A stretch of DNA of 64,000 nucleotides from Octopus sinensis. Its lineage: Eukaryota. Below, piece by piece: positions 13,183 to 27,876 of the stretch. The notes beneath the pieces are model-generated. The model worked only from the letters and a program-made list of their open reading frames with translations, ran no database searches and was not told the origin of the DNA. The position numbers were made by a program, and so were the translations under genes. Each line of letters opens with the position of its first letter. Position 1 is the stretch's first letter. The stretch is taken from assembly GCF_006345805.1 (NCBI RefSeq), contig NC_043001.1, positions 99,386,001 to 99,450,000 of the forward strand, in the 5' to 3' direction.

Positions 13183-14600
13183 CAATATTTATATTCTATT
13201 TTTAAAGCTTAAAAGTAGGAGGGAGGGTGGGATAAGGTTCTAATGTATTTTGTGTTTTTTTAATTGTGTTTCTCGTTTAATGTCTGACTACTGTCATTTT
13301 GTCTTGAAGTATTTTAACTGTCCTCATTATGATTTTTAAATATTTGTCTTTTAAAAAGTTTATTTATTTTATATAGCATTTGTCCAGCTTGTAGTAAACA
13401 TGTTATTTTCTTTGCCAATTTGTTTTTCTTGTTAATTAATCTTTCTTTCATAATTATTAGCTTTGTCTTTGTCTCTTCTGGACGTCTTTGTTCGTTTTTG
13501 TATCATATAGTCAGTCATTAGTATTACAGTACACTTTGTACAGTAATACAGGTCGCTAACTCCACACAAGTCTCATATATATAGATATATATATAGTACA
13601 CTGCTAAATTTGAGGTCAACCTTCAAGGATGAACCTTTACTTCTTGTAATGGTATCAGTTCCACATGTTGACAATCAGTTTACAGTTTACACTTTACCGG
13701 AGGGAAAAGAAATATCAATTGTTTTCCCTCCATCTTGTTTAATTGAATTAATATTTCTAAACCATTGTAATATATTTGCTTCATGGTTGTGTCTTTTTTA
13801 ACTCACACTGATTCTTCAATCCATTCATTATTATCAGCTTCATTCAATTTCCCCTACACATGAATTTTTGATATCCTAACTGGTACAAGCGCCATAGAGT
13901 TGAGTAAAAGTTAAGCTCCCAGCAAATTATGTCTGTGATCTATTCTCGACAATCAACTCTCAATACATTAATTATAGTTCACTACATCTGTCTCACTAAT
14001 GTCCTTGAAAAAGATAGGAATCTCATATCATATTTCATTTTCCCTTCCCTATGAAATTGTCTCTTCTGCCTCTGTCAAAAGAGCATTTTAACAATGGTTA
14101 ACATTGCCCTGTTAATAATGATTAACAATGGTTAATTTTGTTGTTAATGTTTATAGTTGTTATCTAATAGTGCTATGTTGACATTGGTTAATAGTGCAAT
14201 GTTAACATTGGTTAACAGTGAAATGTTAGTGTTTAACAATTTTCTGTAAACAATGTTCGACAATGGTTTAAGTCATTAGCAAATGAAGAATGGGGAGAGA
14301 GACTGATCACTTATCTCTCTCTCTCTCTCTCCATCTTTGATTTGTCTTGAAATGAGATGAAAAGAAGTATCATATGTTTTTTTTTTCACATATCTTTCGT
14401 GTTAGTTCCAAAACTAACCATTCCAGACCATTATATAATAGGGTTTCGGGTTTGTCTTTGTCCTCTCTCTTTCTGTCCCCCACCCCTCTCTCTCTCCAGC
14501 TCTGCAAGAAACCATTAATACCAGCTTACTAACTATTCATCATGAGTTTACTCACTGTCTTGTATTCTAATTATTCATTGTGAACATAAATGCTAATTGT

Positions 14601-14606
14601 AATAAA
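14601..14606 (+). terminator. Candidate polyadenylation signal of SUN gene
   Basis: AATAAA about 1.4 kb after the stop; one of several possible sites. Confidence 0.35.
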
Positions 14607-14653
14607 TACTGTTTGGATTGAAGATGTGGCTATTGAAACAAACACACACACAT

Positions 14654-14684
<31 letters not shown>

Positions 14685-15531
14685 AAATGCCATTTAAAAC
14701 ATTGAACATTATTATAATTATGCTTTTTTTTTTATTTCATTTTGAAAATTCTACAATAGGTAACTTAACAAAATGATTTGTAATTTGTAATCTGTCAACT
14801 TTGTTTTGCTATAAAATCCAGTGAAAATGTTTACTCATAAAATACAAACAAAAAAAAATTACCATTACTTTTTTTTTTTTTTTTTAACTGAAAACTTTCT
14901 GAACTGAAATTATTTATGCAATTTTATTTTTGTTCAACCATCACTTTTTTCTGAAATACTGTTTTGTCAACCAAGTTAGTAAATCTTATTGTTGGCATCT
15001 TGCTACTTACATTCATTTTTCTGAAAAATATAGTTACAGAAGGCAGCAACTTCATTTCATAGAGATACATTTCATTACATTCATTTCATTCATTCACTTC
15101 ATATGTAGAGGAAATGCCTTAATAAAATATTTTGATATTAATATTCTTTTCTTGTTTTTTTTTCATTTGTTTGTAACCATTTATAATTGTGTAAAAGTTC
15201 TGTCTATGCTGGAATGAGTTTCCTATTCATATAATATCCTTCCTAATTTTGGCACAAGGGCCAGCAATGTTGAGGGGAGGGGAAGTTGATTACATCAACC
15301 CCAGTGCTCAATTTGGTACTTATTTTATTGATCCTGAAAGGATGAAAAGCAGTCAACCTCAGTGGCATTTGAACACAGAATGTGAAGAGATAGAACTACT
15401 TAGCAACATTTTATCCTGCATGATGATAATTCTGCCAGTCTAATGCCTTTATTTCTACAAATATCAGATATAATGAATTAAAGTAAGTGCTTCAACACCT
15501 AGATAAACTGTGAAGAGAGCAATAGTTTTGT

Positions 15532-15537
15532 TTTATT
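15532..15537 (-). terminator. Candidate polyadenylation signal of DMC1
   Basis: AATAAA on minus strand about 115 nt after the stop. Confidence 0.4.
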
Positions 15538-15652
15538 ATTTTTACCCAATATTTGAATTTCAGAATGTTGAAGTGCTTTTAATAAAATACATATTTTGTT
15601 TAAGACAATAAAAGCTACAGTTTGGCCTGGTTTATCAACATTGATATGACTT

Positions 15653-15722
15653 CTATTCTTTTGCATCATTGATTCCTCCTTGTGTGATGGAAAATGTTGC
15701 TTCACTTTCTGGTAGATCTGGG
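15653..15722 (-). CDS. DMC1: DMC1 coding exon 13 ([23 protein letters not shown])
   Basis: ttacag acceptor; TAG at 15655-15653. Confidence 0.96.
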
Positions 15723-18700
15723 CTGTAAAACATGAAATACAACAAAATTATTTAAATTTGTAAGTATTTTACTGGTAAGAACTTACTTCATCTAAATTGG
15801 GTTTTCTTTGCAACCAGGTTGGTTTTTTGTTATATAACCATCGTGTCACAGACAGCAGGTAACTCTGAAGCATTTACAGTATTTCCAGGGGAGGATATAC
15901 TATAAGGACTCCTCTAAGTTCATTAGAGGATTTGACAAAACACTAGCTGATTATACAATATTTTTGTCTCAGTTCTATTGTACCTATCTATGCTCAGATA
16001 GACTAGGTCAACAATAGTAAATGTCTTGACTATTGACATTGTGCAATACCAGTAATGGCATATAAACCACTTTCCCACACAGCTAGTGGTCCAGTATCCT
16101 ATCTGTAGTTCTATGTCTTTCTCTCTCTTTTATCACCTTGACTTATGGTGTATCTTGTGTTACAGGATTTTTTTATTCTCTGGTGTATTATTGGTACATA
16201 ATTTTTATGTCAAAATAAATAAAAAGGCTTTGTGAATTTAGATTAGAATTTAAACTTAATGATAAGGCTTTCTGCTATTGACACAAGGCCTGAAATTTGG
16301 GGGTAAGAAGCTACTCAACCCCAATAGTACTTATTCTATTGATCTTGAAAGGATGAAATTCAAAGTCAATCTCAGCAGAATTTGAACTCCAATCGTAAAG
16401 ATAGAGAAAATACTTCTAGGTATTTTGCTTATTTCATAGTGCTCAGATGCATTGTAACTCAGCAGTAAAGGTTAAGGGGTTAATTGAAAGCAGACATAAG
16501 TAAAGAAAGACAGCAACAAAAGCTAAAGTACATGCACAGTACACACAATATAATGCAAAAACATAAAGAAGTGAACATTAAGGAAAGTGCCAACACTACT
16601 ATGGATGTGCACAGACACATCAGTAGTGCTGGCACATTTCAGTAAGCATGGAATTTTTGAAGGATGCAATGTTCTGACTGCTAACAACCAATAAAGATAG
16701 TGTAAAGTTAAGAAACCCTGTATCCTTCTCTACTGTAGTTCAAGGTTGGCTAATATTGTCTTCCACAGACTTTAGTGGTTGAATGAGACTGTTTATCTCC
16801 ATTTTCTATGATGTTAAATGGTTGAGAGTCAGAGCTTCTTGAATAAGACTAGTCTCTTAGTTTTAATTTACTGCTACTTAGTAACAAGTCACTACTACTT
16901 GTGATAGACTGGGTCATTTGAAAGTTGGTCATGAACTTACTTTCCTGTGGCCAGATCTCTTAGCTGGTTGTCCAGTGTCTTATTGACTTGACTGTAATGT
17001 TATGTTTTAATGACTTCAACCTATCTAAATGAACCCTTTCGTTACTATATTTCTAACCAAAATACACCCCTTATGTGTTTCAATTAATTTCTAACATATC
17101 ATAAATTTAGTCTCGTTTCATTAAACAACTATAACTTTTTTATTTATCAATATATTATCTGATTTTTGGAAGATAATTTAATGAAATGTTCTCAACCAAT
17201 TCTATACTATAATTTTTGTCACAAAGTGACTCTAATTGCAGGTAGATACAGGTAAATTCAACAAAATATAAAATTATTAAAATTTTGTTCAAACATCGCT
17301 ATAGAAAATGGGTTATTAGCTAATATTCAATTGGGTATACAACAAAATTTTACTATAGAATTTGTTATTCTGGGTAACTTTCTGATACCCATAATAATAT
17401 TTATGGCAAAATAGTCTTAATTTCATTTAAGGTTGTGGGAAACCACTAACTATCCTTTCTTTCGCTTTGTTTACATTTAGCGTAACGGTTCGTTTCCGCC
17501 GTAATGATTTCAAATAGGCTCATTCGAAAAAGTAAAAAGAAATAGTCTAAGGCTTTACTCTCCTGGGAAAGTCTGTGGCTTAGTCCAGTTTCTTCAGAAA
17601 AATCACTGAAAGAAACAGTTTCTAAATTTTCACTCCATTCAGGTGCCAATTCAATTTCTTTATCGCTGTCGGAGCTCTCGGATTCACTGTTTTCACTTTC
17701 GGAAAATGAAACATCAGATTCATTATCAAATACCACGTGCTTTTTTTTTTCAGTCATAGAGTTAGATTTATGAAGGTCTTCTGTAGAAAATCCTTCGAAT
17801 TCTGACTTGCTGCTTGATATAATGAAATTCGTATCCATTTTTTGTCAGAATTACAAATTTTGAAAACACAATAGGAAAAAATCTCCCAAAATTCACAGAA
17901 TTAAAATTACACTTCGATTGTTGTACAAAACTGTAGATGAACTGTTTATGAAGTATAATACATGTTTTCACGAATGTACTAAAGAGATTTGCTCTGATAT
18001 TCTCATTTAAATATGAATAGGTAAATTTGGGCGGTTTGGTCACATTAACCAAAATTTTTTTCAGGCGGTTTGGTAACGAAAGGGTTAATCTAGTCTTATT
18101 TTTCTTTTTGTTGTACGGCTTTATTAAACATGTTATTGTTAGAAAGGGAGACTATTGGCAATACCTTAGAAACAAAAGAGAATACATTGAACAATGACCC
18201 ACACACGCACACAAAGGTGAGATGCCCATGACTGGGATTTCTATGATCATAAGTCTGCTCAATCAAAACTTACTTGCAGCTAAACAACATCAACATAAAA
18301 ATCATGTTTTAGTCTAAAAAGTGCCTGAATCATTACTGGTTTGAATCCCGACATCAGCATGTCACTGTGCACATGGCAAAGTACACAGCACAGTAAATAC
18401 TATGATGTGGACTTTCCTGATGTTTAACTGGCACTTCTTTTCTTGTTAAATTACAATGCTGAGTTGAAATCCTAAGATGCATTGTACGAAGAAATAGTGA
18501 AACCAACCATCTATATATATATATATATATATATTTCTAAACAGTAGTTTTCCGATAATACAATAGAATACAGGGCCAAAATCTTTTATAAGTTGCAGAT
18601 TGAAAACTGTTTGAAATTATATTATTGATTTCCATATTTGACTAAATTCAGTGATGGATAATGATTTTTCTACTTTGACATAAGAATCATGTGCACATTG

Positions 18701-21700
18701 TGAAAAATATTGAAAGACTATTTCTATTTTCACACTTGTCTTTGAAATTATCTGCAATGTAGCCGTGTCCATTTAAAACTTTGTATAGTTCTTTAATTCT
18801 TATATCTGTAACTGAACTGTAGCCATGTTATATCACTAGCAACAAGTAGTCATACTGACTCCAGTACTGATTGCTTCTTAGCACTTATTTTATCAGTCTC
18901 TAATTGTTGAGCAACTAAATGCAAGATATGAGGTGACACAACATGAACAACACTAGTTTTCGTAGAAGAATGAACACTAGACACATACACACACACATAT
19001 ATACAAACAGTATACAAACATATATACAAACCTGTCATAGATCTTTGCAATTCTTGTATCTCCTCTTCCTTTACGAAGGTAAATCCTAATGGTGGATGCA
19101 TGTGCTAGAATGTGTCCACCAATGGGTTTCTTTGGGTCCCCTTGAAACCTAAATGAAGAACAAATATTCTCAATCTCTTAAAAGATAATAATTCAAGTCA
19201 TACTAATTTCTAAGATTAAATTTTTTTCTTTAGTTTTCTCTTGATATGGTCAAGTCTGTAACTTTGGTTTTATTTTTATTTGTGACTATTTTATTACACA
19301 GATATCATTGATGAAAGAAAGAGCATTGATTGGTAACTGTTATGAGGTCAAGTTGTAAGAATGCTATTGCAATTTGTGTTCATATACACTGAGAATAAGT
19401 GTGTAGAATTTGTAAGGCATTGGGAAACTAAACATTTTTGAGCATAGCCCCTTCATTAAAAAAAAACATTAAAAATTTTTTTTTATAATATTACTGTGAA
19501 CATGTAGTGAGGGAGGGAGTACCCAGGTAAAGAAAAAAACATATAAGCCAGAGTAATGAAGTAGGGAAGGGACAACATTTAAGTTAAACAATATAAAAAT
19601 AGTTGCAGGTTGGACAGTGTTTGTAGTCAGCCTCTAACACCTTACTGTCCTCTCTCCATCCTTCATTCTGACCACTAAATACATTTTTAAAAACCCTTTT
19701 TACCTAGTTATCCCCTATCTACACCGGCACATTCTTCAAATTGATCTCAGTGCTACTATAAACATTTGGAAATATTTCTCTCTCCCACAAAGAGCTTTAC
19801 TAAATGTCAGTAATCTTGACTAACCACAGTATACAAACTTTAGTAAATCGTTTATTCAGATGTAAATCACCACAACTAATTTCAACAACACTCTGGTTTC
19901 TATTTTCAATTTTATATACATGAAAACAATTCTCTGGCATTGCTAAAACAAACTGTAGAACATTAGAGTAGTTATTGTGCATAGAAAGATGGTGGGATGG
20001 TCATGTTTAGGATGCCTTTAATTGGAGGTCTGCTTCATTGGGGCTGACCTGGGACTGAACAACAATGACGACAATAACAAATGTACCTGAAAAAAATGAT
20101 TTCTAATATTTGCACAACTAAGACAACAAAATCTGGAGGAATATAGATAATGAGAGTGTAATTAATCTCAGTATACTGGTAATTATTTTATTGAACCTGA
20201 AAAAGAGGAAGTTAAAGTTGGCAAGGAAATGTCGTGTCTTCTAACTAAATTACTGCTTTGAAATAAAACAATAGAGGTTTTCTGAAGAGAAAGATCAATG
20301 AAAGAAATATAAGGATTTAACTTCTGTCAGCCAGTAGAATTAACCCATCAATTGGCTTACCATCACCACCTGGAACTTTAGGTGCCTACATTAGAGTCTA
20401 CTCTTTTGCAAACATTCAGACCAGGTTACTGGTTTGAGGATAACTTTCTTCCACCAGTTGAGACTGCTCTCAAAGGCCATGTAAGATCATGAGCAATACC
20501 TTCCCTCCTGACTAAACAAAAAAAAAAAAGAAAAAATAGTTGGTTGTTCAATATTGATCATATAAACTTGATCTGCACACACAAACAGACAATACAACTT
20601 CCACTGAAGTTCATAGAACTAATGAACCAATAAAGGGTCTTATTATCATAAAAGGTGAGAAGCTGGGGCTAACAGAATCTGTATACAAAATTAATTTATC
20701 TTTGCAGAGTTTTTATTATGTTGTTTACATTTTTAATTGAAATCCCACCAAGATCAACCTAGTCTTTCAATCTTCTCAGGTTCGTAAAATAGTACCAGTC
20801 AAAATTGTAAACTTGCGCCTGCATTGGAAATCATTAAGACATATGTAATTGATGGATTGTGGCAGAAAAGTAAATGAAGAAATTGAAGTGGAGGAAGGAA
20901 ACTAGGAGAGGTGGTATGAGAGGCTCATATGTCCAGGCTGGGTAGTAAACAAAAGGAGAAGCTAAAGTTGGACAGGGTAGTTGGAAAGAATGAATGCCTC
21001 AAGAAAGAAAGGAAAACAAAAAGTAGCCACATTTAGAGAGTTATTTTGGTTTAAAGATACCCAAGAATATTCTTAGTAGTATTACTTACATCATGTTTGC
21101 TCCTGGATCAGCTGTCATCTGATTAGTAATGAACATAGCAACATTATATTCTGGTTGAGAGAAAGAAACAAATAATAGCTAAAACATGGAATATCAACAG
21201 TAATGGCAGATTCAATTTAATTTTCCCATTTACCTACACCAGTGGCTCTTTGTCATTTTTTCAAATTCCCACTGCCCAACATCTTTAAGTATTTGTTATT
21301 CCTAGCACCCCACTAAGTGGTGAGTGAGATATCATAACTAAACTAATTTAATATGGATATAAATTTTATTCTAAAAATGGATTGTATAAGCTTTTAACAG
21401 TGAAATGATAAGAAAATGAAGAAAGACAAAAGTTGTAAATTTACTTTATACAAAGCGAGTTAATGACTTCCCCATGCCTAATTATAAATCTCATTTTATT
21501 TTAATAACTATTACTAGTTTTGTCATGTATCATATAATTATTACCATAGGTAAAATTTAATATGTTAATTATGTTACTTCACAGTCCCCTAAAGTCTAAT
21601 GCCCCCTTCGACATGCCCAGTGCTCCTTTAGGATGGTACCACCCCTGTTGAGAACATCTGCCCTGCACTAATGCTGATAGACTGAGACATATTCTGGCAG

Positions 21701-22499
21701 GAGATTTTTTAATAAATAAAACGATTTTATCCTTTGAAGTTTAAAAATGCAATCAAGGGATGACCTGGATGGGAATTACCAGTCTTTTCTTTTTTAGGAG
21801 TATGCACAAATGACTCTGAAGACCTAGTCTTCAATAATACAACAGAAGTATTAATAAAATATACTAATGCATATTCACAAATTAGAGTTCTCCACATTAT
21901 GAAAGTGATACATTCCAGGAAATCTGACAGGAACTTCCATTATGCAAAATTAATTTTTCTTAATGATTTTCATATGATAAAGAGAGAGAATGTATCCTGA
22001 TTTTTTCCAAGACAAAAAAAAAGGTAACATATCCACACTTATGCATGAAAATAACATTTCTAAATATACTCAGTACAATACATAAAAATATTTGAACAGA
22101 AATACATAAAGGAATAAATAAGATTTATAATATTCTTTTCTACTCTAGGTACAAGGCCCGAAATTTTTGTGGAGGGGACCAGTCGATCAGGTTGACCACA
22201 GTATGCAACTGGTACTTAATTTATCAACTCCAAAAGGATAAAAGACAAAGTCGACCTCAGTGGAATTTGAACTCAGAACGTAAAGACAGACGAAATACCA
22301 CTGAGCATTTCACCCGGCATGCTAACATTTCTACCAGCTCGCCACCTTAATAAGATTTATAATATCATAATAGAGTATGTTCATACTACAAAGATTCACC
22401 AGCTCATTGGATCTTGTCAAACCATACAAACCATGACAGCATGGAAGACAGATGTTAAGTGATAATGATGATGATGCTGATATACACATGCATGCACAT

Positions 22500-22535
<36 letters not shown>

Positions 22536-25078
22536 TACCACAAAGCAAGTGAGCAGAATATATGAATCAAAATATAATCAGTTAACAGAATATTTAGGCA
22601 GGAACTTTGAATTTACCTTCTGCTATTTTTTGAAGTCGTGATAGAAGTTGACCAAGTTTCTGCTGTCTGTCAGCCAGTTCTCCTCGTCCACAGAAATCAA
22701 CACGAAATAAAGCCATAACAGAATCAACAACCTTGAGAAAAAAAACAAAAAAAGTGACATTTCCTTATCTCTATTTTTACACTTGTCCTCCATCCCTCTT
22801 TTTTTCAAATCTACTCTAGATTTGAGGTTGTTTCTAGTATATCTGAGTATATTTCTCAAAGAATGTCTAAGAGAAAATAACTGGCAATGCCTGCCGCATA
22901 AAACATTAATATACCCCTAATGCAAACATACTTGAAGCAGTGAGTCAAAACATTTTAATTCATTAAAATTATACTCTTATTGAGAAGAAAATTATTATCT
23001 AAATGACTAATTCCGGTTAAGAAAGGCAAGGGAGACAACTCTAGATTATTGTATTTATGTTTCAAGCATATTGATTCTTGCTGTAGAATATTATTGAAGT
23101 TATGACACTAAAATTAATGACAAGTTACACGTATCTAACTTTGAGTCCCACAAGTGTTGATCTTATTATGTCTCTTTAGGATTAATCCTAAAGAGACGTA
23201 ATAAGATGTCTCCACCATCATCTCCAAGATACCAGAATGTTATACCTATAAGGCCTTGGATGTCCAGCTGGACAGATAAATTCGAATATTGAGACAACTA
23301 CATCTTGAATTCAAATTTTGCCTCGGTCAGTTTTGCCTTTCATCCTTCTGGGATCAATAAATACAGAACCAGTCAAGGATGATGAGCTAATGAAAACCTT
23401 AGAGTATGGAAGGCTATGCCTTGTAGTTCCAATTTTATGATTTCTGAGTTTGAAACCAGATATTGCTTACATGGGTGGTAGACTTAATTCAATTATGAGT
23501 GTCTTTTAGCAGAATCCACTTCGTTGCTACATTCTGGCCAGGTCGCCAATATGAAAATGTCTTTCTCCTTCCCTCTTGCCACTCACAGGTGTCATGTAAA
23601 GGACCATGAGCACTGCCCTTCACTCCTGACTAAATGATAAAGAAAAACATTTGTTCTTCTGTGATATTTATGCCTTTAGCTTCGAAAGTCAATCACATCT
23701 CAGTCAAAAGCCATTGCTATTAATACATATTGAGCAGTAATTCATTGTTTTCACAATACACCATCGTCATCATTTAATGTCCATGTTCCATGCTGGCATG
23801 GGCTGGATGGTTTGACAGGATCTAATGGGTCCAAGGGCCACATCATGCTCCTGTATCTGCTTTGGTATGGTCTCCACAGCTGGATACCTTCCTTAACACC
23901 AACCACTTCGCACCATGTACAGAGTACTTTTTTCATATACCAGCACTAGTAAGGTCACCATGCAGTTCATGAGACTACAAAACCCCAGGTGAAGGTGGCA
24001 GCATATATATATGAAGAAATGAGGATATAGAGTACAGGAGGAGGGAAGGAGGGAGAGGCAAGCTGGTTCTTGTAGAGGAGCTCACAACATAATTATTCAG
24101 CAATTGTAATAATGTTGTATGTGCATGTGTTTGCAGGGTACTCTTACATCTATTTTTCCTGTCTCTTTGTTAGAGAAAAATGTTTTTGCAGCTTGATGCT
24201 CTTCCTACTTTTAATGACTTGACTTTATAGGTTGATATCTCTTGCAACAATTTAAAATAAAACATAAACCTCTTTACATTTTATGGTATCATCACAAAGT
24301 ACTTAAATTTATATTGTTTGAATGTTGATAAAAGACAATTTTACCATCAGTTTAAATATTCCAGGTTCCTCATAAAACTTGGCTGCCACAAAATCCAAAA
24401 GTTCATATTGGTGTTCACCTGCAACAGTAAGTAAATAAGATAGTTTCTGAAGGAAAATGCATATTGTTTTGAGTCTAAAAGTAATTTAATCATTCTCTTA
24501 TGGACCTTTAGAATATTTAAGAACACTAAATTTAATAAACCATTGGGATAATCTTTATGTGGTCATTCGACCAACTAGGAAAACACAAAAATCACCCATA
24601 AATTGTACTGCATCATCTTAAAAAGGGTTCACATTAGCTAATGTAATTCTAAAGATTCCAAAAGAGACAAGATTCTAAAATAACTTTGGTCATATGCTTA
24701 CTTGATTTGGTTGATCAGGGCTAAACTACAACAATAGTAGATTTTTGGTTTAATTTTTAAAATTTTAATTAAAATTAAAACTTTTCAAAGTTTTGCTTAA
24801 TATCACCATCAGATTATTTTATAATGCTCTGATCCCTATTCATGTGAGTATAGCCTGGCACTTCACCACCATTTCTCTCCTGCGTTCTTGCATTCTTGGT
24901 GTCTCCACTCAGTCTACTCTGTGGGGTTGCAGACCATCCAGCCGTAAAAACCATACCAAAACAGACACAGAAGCCCTGTGTAGTCTTTTGCTTGGCTGGC
25001 TCCTGTCAAACCATCCAACACATGCCAGCATAGAAGATGGACATTAAATGATGGTGGTGGTATATATATTTATATTAT

Positions 25079-25131
<53 letters not shown>

Positions 25132-26990
25132 TATATATATAGGCTACTAGCAACTAGCAAAACACATACCGTGTGTGTGTGCATGTGTGTGTGCTTGTAT
25201 GTATGTATGTATGTATGTATGTATGTATGTATGTATGCATGCAAGCATGTATGTGTATATCTTCTATTATAATTCCATTTGCATCTAGGGTACATTATAG
25301 GAATTGACCCCAGTATTTGACAGGAATTTTATTTCATTGGTTACAGAAATACTATAACTTCATGATAATCCATTAATTATGAAGAGGAAATTTTGTCTAT
25401 ATATATTTAAAGTAGTATCCTCAAACCAGAGACCTATCTTAATGCTTCCAATAAAGTGGAATCCTTTGTTTGGGTGTCTTTAGCAGAGGATTCTACTCTA
25501 TTGTAAGCATTCAGGCTAGGTCTCTAATTTGAATATACCTTTCTCTCTCCCACCCATCTGCCAGTCTCAGAGGCCTTCACTAAGTATTAAAAAGACAAAA
25601 GTGTACAATGAAGCCATTGCTTCATTAATTTGATCATGATAACACCAAATCTTATCTAAATTTATCTGATACTGCATCAAATATCAATTGCTGGTTAATA
25701 ATATTTTTCCTCACCACATAATTATGTCCAATTAACTTTTTAATGCTCCTAGTACTAAATATGTTAACACTAACTTTTATTGTTGATAAAATAATTTTCA
25801 TTAATCTATTTGTATATAATGAAATGATATGGCATAAATTGAATAATACTTACTGGTATATGCTCTGGCATATAATACATTATCCAAAACTGCTTCTTGG
25901 TCTAGATTAAAACGATCTGCAATGTCTCTCAAGCGATCAGGACGACTTAATCATGTTAAAGACAAATTTATTTAGAGTAGGCATGGATGTATACAAGAAA
26001 CTCTCTCTCTCTCTTTCTCAGCACATATTTATGAATATATAATCAGCACAATTCTTCTTCTTTCTATATTCCAAGTTATCAAGTTGTTGAATCATCATTG
26101 TTGTTGTCATTTAATGTCCACTTTCCATGCTGGTATGGGTTGGACTGTTTGACTGAGGGCTGGCAAGCCAGAAGGCTGCACCAGATTCCAATCCAATCTG
26201 GCAATGTTTCTACAGCTGGATGCCCTTCCTAACACCAACCACTCTGAGAGTGTAGTGGGTGCTTTTTACGTGCCACCAGCACGAGGGCCAGTCAGGTGGT
26301 ACTGGCATCGAGCATGCTTGAATGGTGCTTTTTATGTGCCACTGGCATGGGAGCCAGTCAGGCAGCACTGGAAGCAACCACACTTGAATGGTGCTTTTTT
26401 TTGTGCCACTGGGGTGGTCACCAGCATGGGAGCCAGTCAGGCAGCACTGGCAATGATCATGCTCGAATGTTGCTTTTTACATGCCACTGGCATGGGACCA
26501 GTCAGGTGGCACTGGCATCGACCACGCTCAAATGGTGCTTTTTATGTGCCGCCAGCACAGGTGCCAATCAGGTGATAATTTTATTCAGTTCTGTTCCTTT
26601 GTTTTTTACATAATTACATATTTTATAGTGTAAAGTATTTCTACCAAATTTAATCCAAGGATACAATGTATTTTCTGTGTCAACAAATACCACTTTACCT
26701 CCAGTGTAACCATTTGTCCCAGGTAGCTGTGCAGTAACTAGAAATTAAAGATTAAATTACAATTTAATACACATTTCAAGAAATTGCACATTATAGACAG
26801 CAGTATGGTTAAGAAGTTTGTTTCACATCCACATGATTTGGGGTTTGATCCAACTGTACATCATCTTTGCCAAGTATCTTCTTGTATAGCTTTGGATTAA
26901 GTGAAAATTAGTCGATGGAAACTAAGAGGAAGTTTCATACACATACACACACACACACATATATATGGTGGGGGAGGTATACACACACAC

Positions 26991-27031
<41 letters not shown>

Positions 27032-27804
27032 TGTCTGTATGTGTATATCTTAAGCTGTTGTATATTGAAGAAAGTTGTAAATGTTATAGAAGAAACCAAA
27101 ATGAAAGAAAGAAAAAAAACCATTCTTTGAATTAAGTCTTTCATAATATCTGCTTTCTGCAGAATAATAAACAACTTTGGCTCTCATCATCAGAAATGCA
27201 ATGAACCAGTGATTGACCTATTGAGAACCTGTAATGAATGATGTTATTATTTATAAATTATGATATAAAAAATAAGAAAATTTTATACCCTACCAAGTCC
27301 AAACTAAACGACAAGCAACTTAGAACCACCCTCCCAAAATCACAACAATTGCTAGACCCCATTATCACTAACGATCTCTTTGGCAATATCCCTCTTTAGA
27401 GTTATAAAATAGTTCAGGTTCCAGTAATTACTAAACCTGTATAAAGCTCAATTAAGACTCACAATGAAATACTGCTTCCACATTTGGAACATTGCTATGA
27501 CTACGTACAGAGACATCCAAAACAACTTCCAAACAAATGCCTCTTGGCTGGTTGAAGTAACTCACTAACACACTCCAGCCCCTGACTTACAAACATGCTA
27601 TCTTGTTACTCTGACTCTTCTACCTTTAAATACTGTAGCCTCTTCTTTTCTTTTCTTTCTTTTATCGCACATATTGTGTCTATCACCACCAATACCCTCA
27701 CATTAACCACTACTCTCAATATTTTCCTTTAACACTCTCCTTCGAGAATCCTCTAACTGGCCATTCTCATAGTAGTAGTAGAAGTAGTAGTAGTAGTAGT
27801 AGTA

Positions 27805-27876
<72 letters not shown>

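Noticed and set aside
26204-26613. Repetitive ORFs (GAFYVPPA...), also 55006-55341
   Set aside because: Translation of the retroelement internal minisatellite. Not a CRISPR array: units are degenerate, there are no unique spacers and no cas genes, and the DNA is eukaryotic.
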